NCBI RefSeq assembly: GCF_006345805.1
Contig: NC_042999.1
Coordinates: forward strand, 159,402,001-159,466,000
DNA length: 64,000 nucleotides
Direction of reading: 5' to 3'
Origin: Octopus sinensis
Lineage: Eukaryota
A model generated the notes under the pieces. The model did not search any database and was not told the DNA's origin. It worked only from the letters and a program-made list of their open reading frames with translations. Positions 52,116 through 64,000 of this stretch are shown in pieces (the stretch's first letter is position 1; each line of letters starts with the position of its first letter). Made by a program: the position numbers and the translations under genes.

Positions 52116-53239
52116 AAAAACAAAGTAAAAATTTGAAAAGGAATTCTGTGTTTCACTTATCTTTCTAAACTTCAAACAACCAAGCAACAATATTTGAGCT
52201 TCCACTTTCACTTTGTTAATAAAAATAGGGTATCTGTAGAGGTAACGGTTCAAATCATTTTGTGAAAGAAGAAGGTATTTTGGATTGAAATTAAGAGATG
52301 TTGTTGCTGGTGACGTCCTTGAGTTTATTTTTGTTTCGACATTACTTTTCGATGTTTCAAAAAACATCTGCCTATTTACGACTAGTAATAGACATACTCT
52401 GAAATAGCAACTAATGTTCAACAGAGATAACTAAAAATTGGTGGCCGGAGATAAACTTAAAAATAAAGCGACAGTATCAACAATGAATTATTTTGCGAAA
52501 GTAGAACGAAAATAGCAATAACAGGAAATTGTTAGGTTGACGGTGATGAAAAATATAGGAAAAAGAAAGAAAAGGTTAGGTTTAAAAGAGAACCAAAATT
52601 TGAAGAAGTGATTATCCAAAGTTGAAAGAAAGAAAAATTTCATATATGTGGAGTGATATTATGCAAAAGAGACAATTTTATAGTTAAAACAGTTAAAACA
52701 GCAAATTAAAAATCCACTGACCAAAACACTTCAATGTCGAAGAGAATAAAGATCTTTAAAGAGTGGAAATATATGTGACTACGTATTTGTTTGTGTTTGT
52801 CTGCGAGTGCGTGCGTATTTGTGTTTTTATCGCAAGTACAAAATCCTGAAACTAGCAGGTTGTCCTAGGGTCAAACAACTCTCAATCTACCTTTATAGAT
52901 GCATAGCAGCATCAAATATTTTTCAGAAAGCGTTCGTCTTTGTTACTCTTTGTTTTTCGTTGATACTTTTTCTCCATCCATCCTTAAAGAATTTAAAACT
53001 ACTTTGGGACGACTTGTTTGTAGCTACTATAAGGCTGAGTAACTGCTGTCACGAACATGTAGTAAATCTGGTATACATTTAAGATTTCTTTAAGTATATT
53101 TTTTACGAAGTAGATAGCATGAAGGCTCACTTCATGCATGCCTCCTGATGTTGAGCGCCTATAAGCTGTGGCAACTGGTCCCCGAAATTTTGAGGGTCCG
53201 GTGCAATTGACCCTTTAGATCCCCATTTATAAATAATAT

Positions 53240-53466
53240 TTACTCTTTTTACTCTTTTACTCTTTTACTTGTTTCAGTCATTTGACTGCGGCCATGCTGG
53301 AGCACCGCCTTTAGTCGAGCGAATTGACCCCGGGACTTATTCTTTGTAAGCCCAGTACTTATTCTATCGGTCTCTTTTGCCGAATTGCTAGGTGACGGGG
53401 ACGTAAACACACCAGCATCGGTTGTCAAGTAATGCTAGAGGGACAAACACAGACACACAAACATAT

Positions 53467-53533
<67 letters not shown>

Positions 53534-53723
53534 TATATATATATATATATATATATATACGACAGGTTTCTTTCAGTTTCCGTCTACCAAATCCACTCAG
53601 AAGGGTTTGGTCGGCCCGAGGCTATAGCAGGAGACACTTGCCCAAGATGCCACGCAGTGGGACTGAACCTGGAACCATGTGGTTGGTTAGCAAGCTACTT
53701 ACCACACAGCCACTCCTGCGCCT
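53240..53723 (-). mobile_element. SINE family C (tRNA head, CORE-like domain, internal microsatellite, (TAAAAGAG)n tail)
   Basis: Reverse complement of the 59326-59775 type; CTTGGGCAAGTGTCT CORE-like motif. Confidence 0.85.
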
Positions 53724-54124
53724 ATATATTTAGATATATATAATTAGTGTATAATATATTTACTTCAAAATTTAAATTATTAAATTGCAGAACCATTCTT
53801 ACGTTGAAATGTTCCCATGAACATGGAAAAACATATAAATATTTCAATAGTAAATGACACCTTCATTATAATTGTTTTCCTACAATCTAAAGAGCAAACT
53901 ATTTCCATTCATTTAACATACACAAATATCTAGATGATCAAATATCATGACGTAAAATTTTGAAGCTTATTTTTTATTCTTTCATTATCTATTCATGTCA
54001 TCTTACGTTTAAATTCGAAACTGGCTTTTCTTAAAATTTTATATACGTTCTGTTTGGCTGACATACTTGCATACGTATGAAGTTTTGCATTTACATGTAT
54101 GGGTGTGTATGCATGTGTGTATAC

Positions 54125-54153
54125 ATGTATATGTGTATGTATACATATATATG

Positions 54154-54202
<49 letters not shown>

Positions 54203-54245
54203 ATATATCTATAATGTATACATACATATATATATATATATATAT

Positions 54246-54300
<55 letters not shown>
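54125..54300. repeat. (TA)n microsatellite
   Basis: Direct reading. Confidence 0.95.
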
Positions 54301-54304
<4 letters not shown>

Positions 54305-54771
54305 TGAATAGTAACAATATCAAATTAATATGCCAAACTATGTGTCATAGAACAGCAACTTATTACTGTATTTGTCCATAAATAACGGACAAGCTGAGTT
54401 TTAAAATACAATGTATATATCGGAGTATTTTATTCAGCTGGGCGACTTTTCTCAATACCAGTGAATGTTTTAACCCAGCTTCTTAGGTATTCAAGGCCCA
54501 CAAATTTTGTCTGAGCAGATTCGGAAAACAATTATTTTTTGGATAAGTATGACTTCAAACCTCTTTTCTTGATAACCTACAGAAACAAAAATCACGGCCT
54601 AATCTTATGTCAGGGTTTATATTTTATATATATCTTATAACATTATCTTCAGAAGATCCCAAAAATATTGAATACGTTTTGTCCGTTTAAACTCGAATTT
54701 GGAAATATCAAATTAAATAGAATGAGAAACGTAAATTCAAATATTTTGGTTTCAATATGAATGTTGCCTGA

Positions 54772-54945
54772 AGGTGGCATGGTGGCAGAATCGTTAGGAC
54801 GCCAGGTAAAATGCTTATTGGCACTTCGTCTGTTTTCGTGCTGTGAGCTCAAATTCTGACGAGTTCGACTTCACCTTTCATTCTTCCAATGTAGTCGACC
54901 AGTACCCTCCCACAAACTTTCAGGTTTTTTGCTTATGATAGATAG
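54772..54945 (+). mobile_element. Nin-domain-type SINE, degenerate
   Basis: GGTGGCAGAATCGTTAGGACGCC..GAGCTCAAATTCTGACGAGTTCGACTTCACCTTTCAT. Confidence 0.55.
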
Positions 54946-55589
54946 AATTGTCCCTGCGACTGTCACTACCAATCAATTTAATACATTACACTTGAATTCA
55001 TTAATTCAAGTTTTAAATATGAGATAGATTTTAAAAGAACACTTCAGCTGTTTTATCCCCCCTACACCGTCTTTTCCTCAACAACCCATACAAAACCTCC
55101 CACCACCTCCAAGAAATGGCACTATCATCCATTTTTACATGCACTGCCGTGAAGAATAAGAGGCAAAGTTGGCCTCAGTAAGATTCCAACTCGAATATAA
55201 AGCGCTAAAAGAAAATACAGCAAGGCATATTATCCACCAACATAGATATATATATATATATATAAAGAGAGAGAGAGACAGACAGACATTTCATATAGAA
55301 ACATATGTGCGTATATGCATACATGAATATGTATGTGTGTCTGTATGTATCTATGTACGCATGCATATATGTATTATGCATGTATTTATGTTATTCCGGT
55401 TGAATTAACTTTATCTTAGCAACAAAATTTACCACCTTTTTCTCTTATCGATGAAGGATTTCAGATGTCATATAATCGATATCCATTCGAAGTTGGACTC
55501 AGATTGATGTCTTTAAAATCAGCACCCGCTGCTAAGCAGAAACGTAGCCTTTCCGCAGGAAGTACAGAGAAAAAATACGCGCAATCAAA

Positions 55590-55640
55590 CATATATATAT
55601 ATATATATATATGTATGTATATTTGTGTGTGTATGTATGT

Positions 55641-55673
<33 letters not shown>

Positions 55674-55767
55674 ATAATATATATATATATATGTATGTAT
55701 ACATACATGCACACATACAAATATATATATCTATTTGATTGCGCGTATATACATATATATATATATG

Positions 55768-55829
<62 letters not shown>

Positions 55830-55846
55830 TACATACATATATATAA

Positions 55847-55880
<34 letters not shown>

Positions 55881-55940
55881 TATATACATACATACATATA
55901 TGTACCTACATATATATGTATATACATATGCATATATGTG
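55590..55940. repeat. Compound (TA)n/(AG)n/(CATA)n microsatellite
   Basis: Direct reading. Confidence 0.9.
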
Positions 55941-56334
55941 TACAGGTCATCATTGAACATAAACAACATGAAATACAAAATCCACAGGAAATGAGAAATA
56001 CGAAAACATTGATTACGAATAGCTTTTTCGCTTCTTTTACATAAATATATTGTATAGAAACATATTTACATGCTACACACGAGCAAATTTTCTAATCTTA
56101 TATGCAGAAAGCTATTTGGGATCTTACTCTAGGCATACACCATGGTTTCCAGGATGTGTCCCTTTGCATTTCACATCCATTATGTAACATATTTTACTTT
56201 GTTTTCAAACATTCCGTTTCTCATTTTCAGTAAAAACTGCAAACTTTTCCCGATGTTTCTATAGATTTTATAGCAAAATATTTTGTAACTACTAGAGTTA
56301 TCCAGTGTAAACTGTAAAACAATTATATATAGAG

Positions 56335-56445
<111 letters not shown>

Positions 56446-56879
56446 GATATATATATATATATATATACAGAAAATGGATATATACAACTGTCAGTTCAAA
56501 AATTAAAATGTATTAACATATATTATATTATATTCTTATAATAATATAATATGATAAATATTAAATACAAATTACATGCTTCGATTCTTACCCATACTAA
56601 AATTATAAAAACCCATTGTTTGTGGGTAAGAATCTCTTCAGTGTATGTTTTTATATATGACAATCCACAGATCCAAGAAAAGACTGAATTTAAATATATT
56701 CATGTTTTCAAACATTAGCCTCAATAATTAAAAACAAAAGCAAATATAGTTAATAAAATTAAAATATGAAAAATAAACTAATATAACGGGGAGAGAGAAA
56801 CTCAGACAGACAGACTGACGGATAGATATATAAATATATGTATGTGTATATGTGTCCGCGTTTATGTGTATCTCATATC

Positions 56880-57110
56880 TTTTACCTTTTATTTGTTTCA
56901 GTCATTGAACTGCGGTCATGCTGGGGCATCGCCTTCAAGGGTTTTAATCGAAAAACTTAACTCTGTGGCTTATGGATTGTTTTAAAGTTTCGTAATTATT
57001 CTATCGTCCTTTTTGCTGCACCACTAAGTTACGAAAAATTATATAAACCAATAACGGTTGTCAAACGGTGGATGTGACAAACTGACACACATGACACAAA
57101 GTCACACACA
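56880..57110 (-). mobile_element. SINE family C, 3' half, degenerate
   Basis: TTGTTTCAGTCATTGAACTGCGGTCATGCTGGGGCA..CGGTTGTCAA. Confidence 0.55.
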
Positions 57111-57117
57111 TATATAC

Positions 57118-57155
<38 letters not shown>

Positions 57156-57220
57156 GAGAAAAAACACTATTATGCAATTCAAACAATGATAGACATAAAC
57201 CAAATCATAAATATAAAATA

Positions 57221-58133
57221 AAATATATAACTAGATCACAAAAAGTACAAAAAGGAATAAACAATATATAATAAGTAAAAATAAAAACTACGTACGTTTC
57301 ATGATTGTAATTTAAATTCGAATTAAAATTAAATTTAAATTTAATCGAAAAACAATTCAATTTAAAATTATAATCACTCTTCGGGTTAATAATAACAATA
57401 ATAGTTAAATAAATAAGCTAACAGAATTTTAAAATATTTCTTAAAGAAATAAAATCATAATTTTTCTTATAGAAGAGTCTCCGTTAACTAAATTTGAAAC
57501 TTAAAACATTAGGACAAGTTGCCTACAATACATTTATTATGTTAAATATTTAAGGTTAAAAAATAGAGTAAATAGATAGAAAAATGTATTTATCTGTGAA
57601 GATATAATTTAGCTTAATAAAAACATTAATAAGCTATAGAATATATTTAACCTAGCTATACTCTAATATCTAATTAACAAAATATTTTACAAAACAATCA
57701 CTTAATATTCTTAGATTTTAGTTCACATATAATAATTATAAATTATTGAATTCATATAAAAATGCGTATCTAAATTATAATCAACAAATATAGTAATTAA
57801 AAATCCATATTTTTTCAATCAATAAACATATAAATAAATAAATAAATTACTCCATTATTACTTAAATAAATATTATAGATTTTTCTATAAGAAAAATCAT
57901 GATTTTATTTCTTTAAGAAATATTGTTTAATTCTATTTGCTTATTTAACCTATTATTGCTATTATTGTTAACCTGAAGAGTGACTATAATTTTAAATTGA
58001 ATTGTTTTTCGATTGAATTTTAATTTGATTGTAATTCGGATTTAAATTATAGCCATGAAACGTACGTAGTTTTTTTTATTTATTATATATTGTTTATTCA
58101 CTTTTGTACTTTTTGTGATCTAGTTATATGTTT
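57221..58133. mobile_element. Very AT-rich foldback structure: two ~250-bp inverted arms, each with a hammerhead-like motif (Penelope pLTR-like)
   Basis: Arms 57221-57474 and 57881-58133 are reverse complements with scattered substitutions. Confidence 0.75.
57968..58072 (+). ncRNA. Type-I hammerhead-ribozyme-like motif with long stem II
   Basis: AAC-CTGAAGA-GTGACTATAATTT...AAATTATAGCCAT-GAAA-CGTACG-TA-GTT; GUA site; palindromic ACGTACGT stem III. Confidence 0.55.
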
Positions 58134-59325
58134 TAAAAATATATTTTGATGATTGTAAGATTTTTGTGTCTCAGGTTTGGTGGATTAAGAAAAGAAGGCG
58201 CTTCCGAGTAAAAGAAAAATATCTGATGCTCGAATTTCACAGGAGCAAAAATGTTTTCAGATGTTTATCAAGGCAGTGGAACTTCCGATCATAGCTAAGA
58301 TTATAAATTATTTCAAAATTCAGCAAATACATTGCTTTGCTTTGACATCCTGTTAGAAAACACCTGTGATGGAGCGATTGAAAATCACAAACAGAATTCA
58401 CATTGTAATTCCTGTATAAGTACCATTGAAAATTTATACTTAATAGTCGAATAAAATGCCGGGAGTGCCTTTAATGAATAATTTTCGGAGATTGTGTCGA
58501 GAAAGCAATTTAGAAAAAGGAATATTTTTACATCATATTTCCAAAACGAAGCAAACTTATTGTATATTTATCATCACTAGTGTTTATACATTCACAAAGG
58601 CATATACTAAAGAGCCATATATTGCACTTATCCAAATCGATAGTGGATCCACGTAACCGTTGCGAAGAACTGAAATGTCTTGATGTTTTATCATACAGTC
58701 CAAATATTGTAAAATGAAGAATTATGATAAGGTTTCAGTTACATTTTTCAGTATGTTTGAAAAAGTTTTTTCGAATCTCGAATAGGTATTATCTGTTTTA
58801 CGCTATCAGATTATGGACACATCTACTGACACTTCAAAAGTGAAACAATACAAAGCGTGGGAAAAGTTAACACAATGCAATGTATTAAATCATCTCCAGC
58901 AGTGAAAATAAACGCATGCTATGTCAAGAAGAATATCAATGCAACAATGACTGTTTTAAAAAATTTAATCCACTGTTGATGATAAATCCCTTCCTGACTT
59001 ATCGAGACACATAACACCGATGCAGTTGAGATTCAGCTTCCACTTACTCAAGTTCGTGCCTGAACTGCGAAATTTTTCTGCTCCTGTAATTGTATTTTAT
59101 CATTTGAATATTGTATTAGCTATTTAAAAGTGATCTTCATAAAATAAAAGAAATTGTGATGCCGACATCGTAAAGGTTACTTAGCGCTGTTTCATTAATA
59201 TTTATAGTGACACTCTTGTTGTCATATACTCGAAATCATTCTAATCTTGTGCGATAACTCTGGTTTTTACGTGAAGAATTACTCTGTGTATATTGTTAAG
59301 TAGGGTACTAAATATTTGTAGCTAG

Positions 59326-59497
59326 AGGCGCAGGAGTGGATGTGTGGTAAGTAGCTTGCTAACCAACCACATGGTTCCGGGTTCAGTCCCACTGTATGGC
59401 ATCTTGGGCAAGTGTCTTCTGCTATTGCCCCGGGCCGACCAATGCCTTGTGAGTGGATTTGGTAGACGGAAACTGAAAGAAGCCTGTTGTATATATG

Positions 59498-59558
<61 letters not shown>

Positions 59559-59775
59559 TTGTGTATTTGTGTTTGTCCCCCTAGCATTGCTTGACAACCG
59601 ATGCTGGTGTGTTTACGTCCCCGTCACTTAGCGGTTCGGCAAAAGAGACCGATAGAATAAGTACTGGGCTTACAAAGAATAAGCCCCGGGGTCGATTTGC
59701 TCGACTAAAGGTGGTGCTCCAGCATGGCCGCAGTCAAATGACTGAAACAAGTAAAAGAGTAAAGAGTAAAAGAGA
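59326..59775 (+). mobile_element. SINE family C, full length
   Basis: AGGCGCAGGAGTGG..GGTTCAGTCCC..CTTGGGCAAGTGTCTTC..(TG)n..GAAACAAGTAAAAGAG tail. Confidence 0.85.
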
Positions 59776-60976
59776 AGTGATTAGTCGTTAATGAAGGGAA
59801 ACAAGAGTTCAGAAAACAAAACGTGTACATGAAAACTGATTGATACATGCAAATAGGAAAAAGCCACTGCCTATTTACGTATTAAAGAATAAACAAAGGG
59901 AAACTTCTTGATCCAAGAAATTCGAAACAAGTTGAGGTTACCAAGCAGTAAGTTTTCTATAAGGTTTCTAACGCCATGTGTGATGAAAAAGCATACATAC
60001 ATCGAAAACAATGCAGATTTAGTGTGTTGTCTAGGATGTATGTAGAGGATGCATGGTTAGGAAAGATTAGGAAGGATTAAAGATCCGTTTTCTCTGTATA
60101 AGAGTGGATATTGCTGGAGATGGCTACAAGTAAATCAAAGATAAAAGTAGGAGAAAAGAATCGAAACTTGGAGAATTCCAGAGTTGAATGAAAGTCGGAC
60201 AGAAAGAGCTCTGTCAACGCAAGTTATGACGGTAAGATCAGATAAAAAAAAAACGATTAAAAAATGGATGGAACCGTTTGTTCGAATATTTTGTTAGGAG
60301 GTTTGCTTGACTGATGCTGTTGAAGGCTCTGTTGATATCTAGAGAGCAATATCATTGATTTCGCCGAAGTTCTCAAAGTAAGAGCCCACTGTAAGTAACA
60401 TAACAGTCAAACTGGCTCTGCCGTACTGGTGGTCACTGAAAAAAGAGAGAGAGATTCTTGATGTTGGAGAACGTCATTGTCAGTGGTTGTTCCTAATACC
60501 TTAATATGTTAAACGTGAGAAGAATAAGACATTAGTTGGTTGGGTCGGAAGGGTTGTCTTTCCTGGGAATGGGACACAGAGAAACCTACTTCTAAATGTC
60601 AGGGTATGTCAGTGTAGAGAGTGAGAGATTGATGCATTTGGTGGGTCAGGTAGCAAATCTCAAGACTTTGAATAAATATATTGTTGGAAGTATTATAAAG
60701 GCGCCGAAGAAAAGAAACATATAATGGTTCTACAAGAAGAATGAATTATCATCCATTTTTGCGTTAAAACTGAACATGAATGTCTTGTTGGAAAAGAAAA
60801 AACAAAGCAACTTTTAAAATATATTGTCTAAAATTAGGAATTGCTTTCGATGTATGTCACTTGAACTGCGTGAGACGTTGGAACATTAAATAATGTCTTC
60901 AAAGCAAATGTGTGAGAGGACAGTCATGTCCATTTCAAGAGTTCGCTTGATTTCAAGGATCACTATTAGTGATTAG

Positions 60977-61360
60977 TGGAGGCGCAATGGCCCAGTGGTT
61001 AGGGAAGCGGACTCGTGGTCGTAGGATCGCGGTTTCGATTCCCAGACCGGGCGTTGTGAGTGTTTATTGAGCGAAAACACCTAAAGCTCCACGAGGATCC
61101 GGCAGGGGATGGTGGTGATCCCTGCTGTACTCTTTCACCACAACTTTCTCCCACTCTTACTTCCTGTTTCTGTTGTACCTGTATTTCAAAGGGCCGGCCT
61201 TGTCACTCTCTGTGCCACGCTGAATATCCCCGAGAACTACGTTAAGGGTACAGGTGTCTGTGGAGTGCTCAGCCACTTACACGTTAATTTCACGAGCAGG
61301 CTGTTCCGTTGATTCGGATCAACCGGAACCCTCGTCGTCGTAACCGACGGAGTGCTTCCA
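60977..61360 (+). mobile_element. SINE family A
   Basis: Full length; TSD ATTAGTGATTA. Confidence 0.9.
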
Positions 61361-62202
61361 CCATTAGTGATTATGGATGCGTTGGCCAAGTAATATTTGC
61401 CATGAAATGAAATGTAATTAAAAAATTACTTAGCTTCATGGAATTACTATTTACATCTTGTAAACTTCTAGAAAACTTCTTTCTGAAAATGATTCACAGC
61501 TTCATAGTTGTAAGTTTAAGAAATTCCTCTGACAATGAATATATAACATCGAAGCGTTATACTCCTCTAGAAAGGTTCAACCGAACCATTAGCAAACAAA
61601 TTAAGTTATCTATTTAAAAAAGTGAAAGAAATTGGGAAGTTTATTTATTTCATTACAAAAATATTATGTTTAGAAATGCAATTAAATCAAATGACACAGG
61701 AATTTCTTATCTCCAATATTTCACTGGGTAATCTATATCATCGATTGTTGCTATACTGACTATTTGCGACTAGCGTCCTCTGTAGCGTGTGGGATATTTG
61801 AGAGTTGAATGTAAATATATTTGCACATTTGTTTTAAATAGGTTTACGGAAAATTCTCACATGTGATTTAAGTACAATTTTACAGTGTAGAATCGTTGAT
61901 GTGGATATTTCTTCTCACATTTAAATGGTAGTAAATTACCTCGTAACAAGAATAGTAATCTATCTTTATCGTTTTTCTTTCTAATCCTCAAATAATAATC
62001 GTTTTTCTTTCTAATCCTCAAATAATAATCTGTAAAGTTATTTTTATTCGGTTTAATATGTAGCAACAAACCCGAAAGCATTCACCTTGATGTTACATTT
62101 GATTTTAGCGTGTACTTTCATCGCAGCATGACTTGAAGACATGCACTGCGAATATGTCGCTTTTTATTCTATACATTCTCAGAATAATCAAAGAGAAATA
62201 GT

Positions 62203-62248
<46 letters not shown>

Positions 62249-62890
62249 GAGTGAAAAAAGAGAGAGAAAAAGAGAAAGAAATTTTCGGACACATAGAGTT
62301 TTTCCTTTCTCATTTTCATTCATGGGATTTTATACTAATTTTCCCACATTTAGAAAAAATTACCACATTCAGAGTAGCTGCAGTTGAGCTAGTTTTATGG
62401 AAGAGATGAATAGCATTCGATGACACAAGATGACTTCTAAACCCTTGAAGTAATAAACTGATATTTCCTAGAAAATGTGTTGCTGCTTCAATCTTACAAA
62501 TAAACATACCGTATAAAGAGAAAAATAAATCGAAATCTCATGTTTTCGGCATATCTTAGTTTAGCAACTATTTCATGAGTTCTGCTTCTTGATCTTTATA
62601 TCCAACAAATTTCTGAATGGATGATGGTTTATCGGGGATTATTTTTTTATACTTTTTTTTGCGATATTTTGCTTTTGCCAGTGTTTGTTTTCATTATCTT
62701 AGTTGATAAGAATGATGATATGGTTTAACTCTTATGAAAATAAAATACACTTCTTAAAATATGTCGACAAGATATCTTGGGACTTTTAATAATCTTCTCT
62801 TCATAATTCTGGTGGCTTTTTTATAATGATTTAACTATTTAACAATCCCATCTATTTAAAATTTTTGCGACACAGTGTTGTGGAAAACCG

Positions 62891-63273
62891 TGGAGGCGCA
62901 ATGGCCCAGTGGTTAGGGCAGCGGACTCGCGGTCGTAGGATCGCGGTTTCGATTCCCACACCGGGCGTTGTGAATGTTTATTGACCGAAAACACCTTAAA
63001 GCTCCACGAGGCTCCGGCAGGGATGGTGGTGATCCCTGCTGTACTCTTTCACCACAACTTTCTCTCAGTCTTACTTCCTGTTTCTGTTGTACCTGTATTT
63101 CAAAGGGCCGGCCTTGTCACTCTCTGTGTCACGCTGAATATCCCCGAGAACTACGTTAAGGGTACACGTGTCTGTGGAATGCTCAGCCACTTACATGTTA
63201 ATTTCACGAGCAGGCTGTTCCGTTGATTCGGATCAACCGGACCCTCGTCGTCGTAACCGACGGAGTGCTTCCA
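62891..63273 (+). mobile_element. SINE family A
   Basis: Full length; (TCCA)n tail; TSD GTGGAAAACC. Confidence 0.9.
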
Positions 63274-64000
63274 TCCATCCAGTGGAAAACCAAAGAATGT
63301 ATGGTTTCAAAAGCTTGAAAATATTCTCCACCCTGGCAAATACGCACGATGAAGGCAGGATACAAAGAATTCGCTAACAGCTTCAGGTCCAGCTGCTGAT
63401 ATATTAAGAGTCGGTTGGTTGGTAGGTGTCTTAAAAACATCAGTTTACAATTTTACATCATTTTTGAAAGTCGCATATAATTATCGGGAAAAAATAAGAT
63501 TACTCAAGCCATTTCCATCGACATTTTTCTGTTATCTCCTTTATAATATTTTATATTCAGAAGCATTTATGAAGATCCTAAAGATTTAGCAACTGATTAT
63601 GGCAATGATAAATGCCTAATAAATAGTCGTGTGCACTGTGAACATCTAGAACATATTCATTCTTACTACGTTCCGGCAGATTCGAATGTGAATGTGTTCA
63701 TCGCCGCTGTATCTCGTCGTCCATGAACAACTTCCTATTTCAGACGAATATGTATTTATAATACATTTGATTCATTAGCATAAGGAAACTTTAGGACACT
63801 CGGTGCCTCGATGTTGTTCTCTAATGACGATATACCAGTGATTCGCGTATTTACAATCGAATTTGCCTAAGCATATTAAGAACAAACGCGTCTAACATTG
63901 TTCTGATTTTCGCTGTTTATCTTGCACATGACAATGTAGTGTCAGTTAGCAGATATCAATCTGGTTCAGTAAATAGCTTGTTTGCGGAATTTATAAACAA

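Noticed and set aside
58160-59130. Possibly decayed coding or transposase sequence
   Set aside because: No identifiable motif; multiple stops in all frames.
59790-60560. Ancient LINE-like purine-rich remnant
   Set aside because: No diagnostic RT motif recovered.
61968-62031. 30-bp perfect tandem duplication
   Set aside because: Ordinary local duplication.

Overview
AT-rich, transposon- and microsatellite-dense eukaryotic DNA. The SINE families and repeat style suggest a cephalopod (octopus-type) genome; this is an inference, not a database result. No host protein-coding gene can be called with confidence. Most six-frame ORFs are translations of (TA)n, (ATAG)n, (AAT)n or (GGT)n arrays or antisense shadows of transposon ORFs. 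The dominant feature is a young Tx1-clade (L1-superclade) non-LTR retrotransposon on the minus strand. It occurs as one full-length copy (~29004-35078: ORF1 with a CCHC knuckle; ORF2 with APE endonuclease, RT and a C-terminal Zn motif), two 5'-truncated copies (7305-9687, 35136-40244) and a short divergent 3' fragment (40601-40820). All four sit inside (ATAG)n/(ATCT)n microsatellite arrays in the same orientation, and three form a ~12 kb head-to-tail cluster, which points to a microsatellite-targeting retrotransposon. Its 3'-terminal stem-loop + AATAAAGAAA tail is shared (26/33 nt) with a Nin-domain-type tRNA SINE at 2024-2443, suggesting a SINE-LINE partnership. The window also holds several minimal hammerhead-ribozyme-like motifs of the Penelope type in small non-coding elements, including an inverted pair. 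Other content: eight copies of a young tRNA-derived SINE, CORE-like SINEs, a decayed mariner, hAT remnants, MITEs, a Helitron-like element, RTE fragments and a possible decayed EGF-repeat pseudogene. Scattered single-base frameshifts in the LINE copies look like sequencing indels. Coordinates were read by eye and boundaries are approximate.
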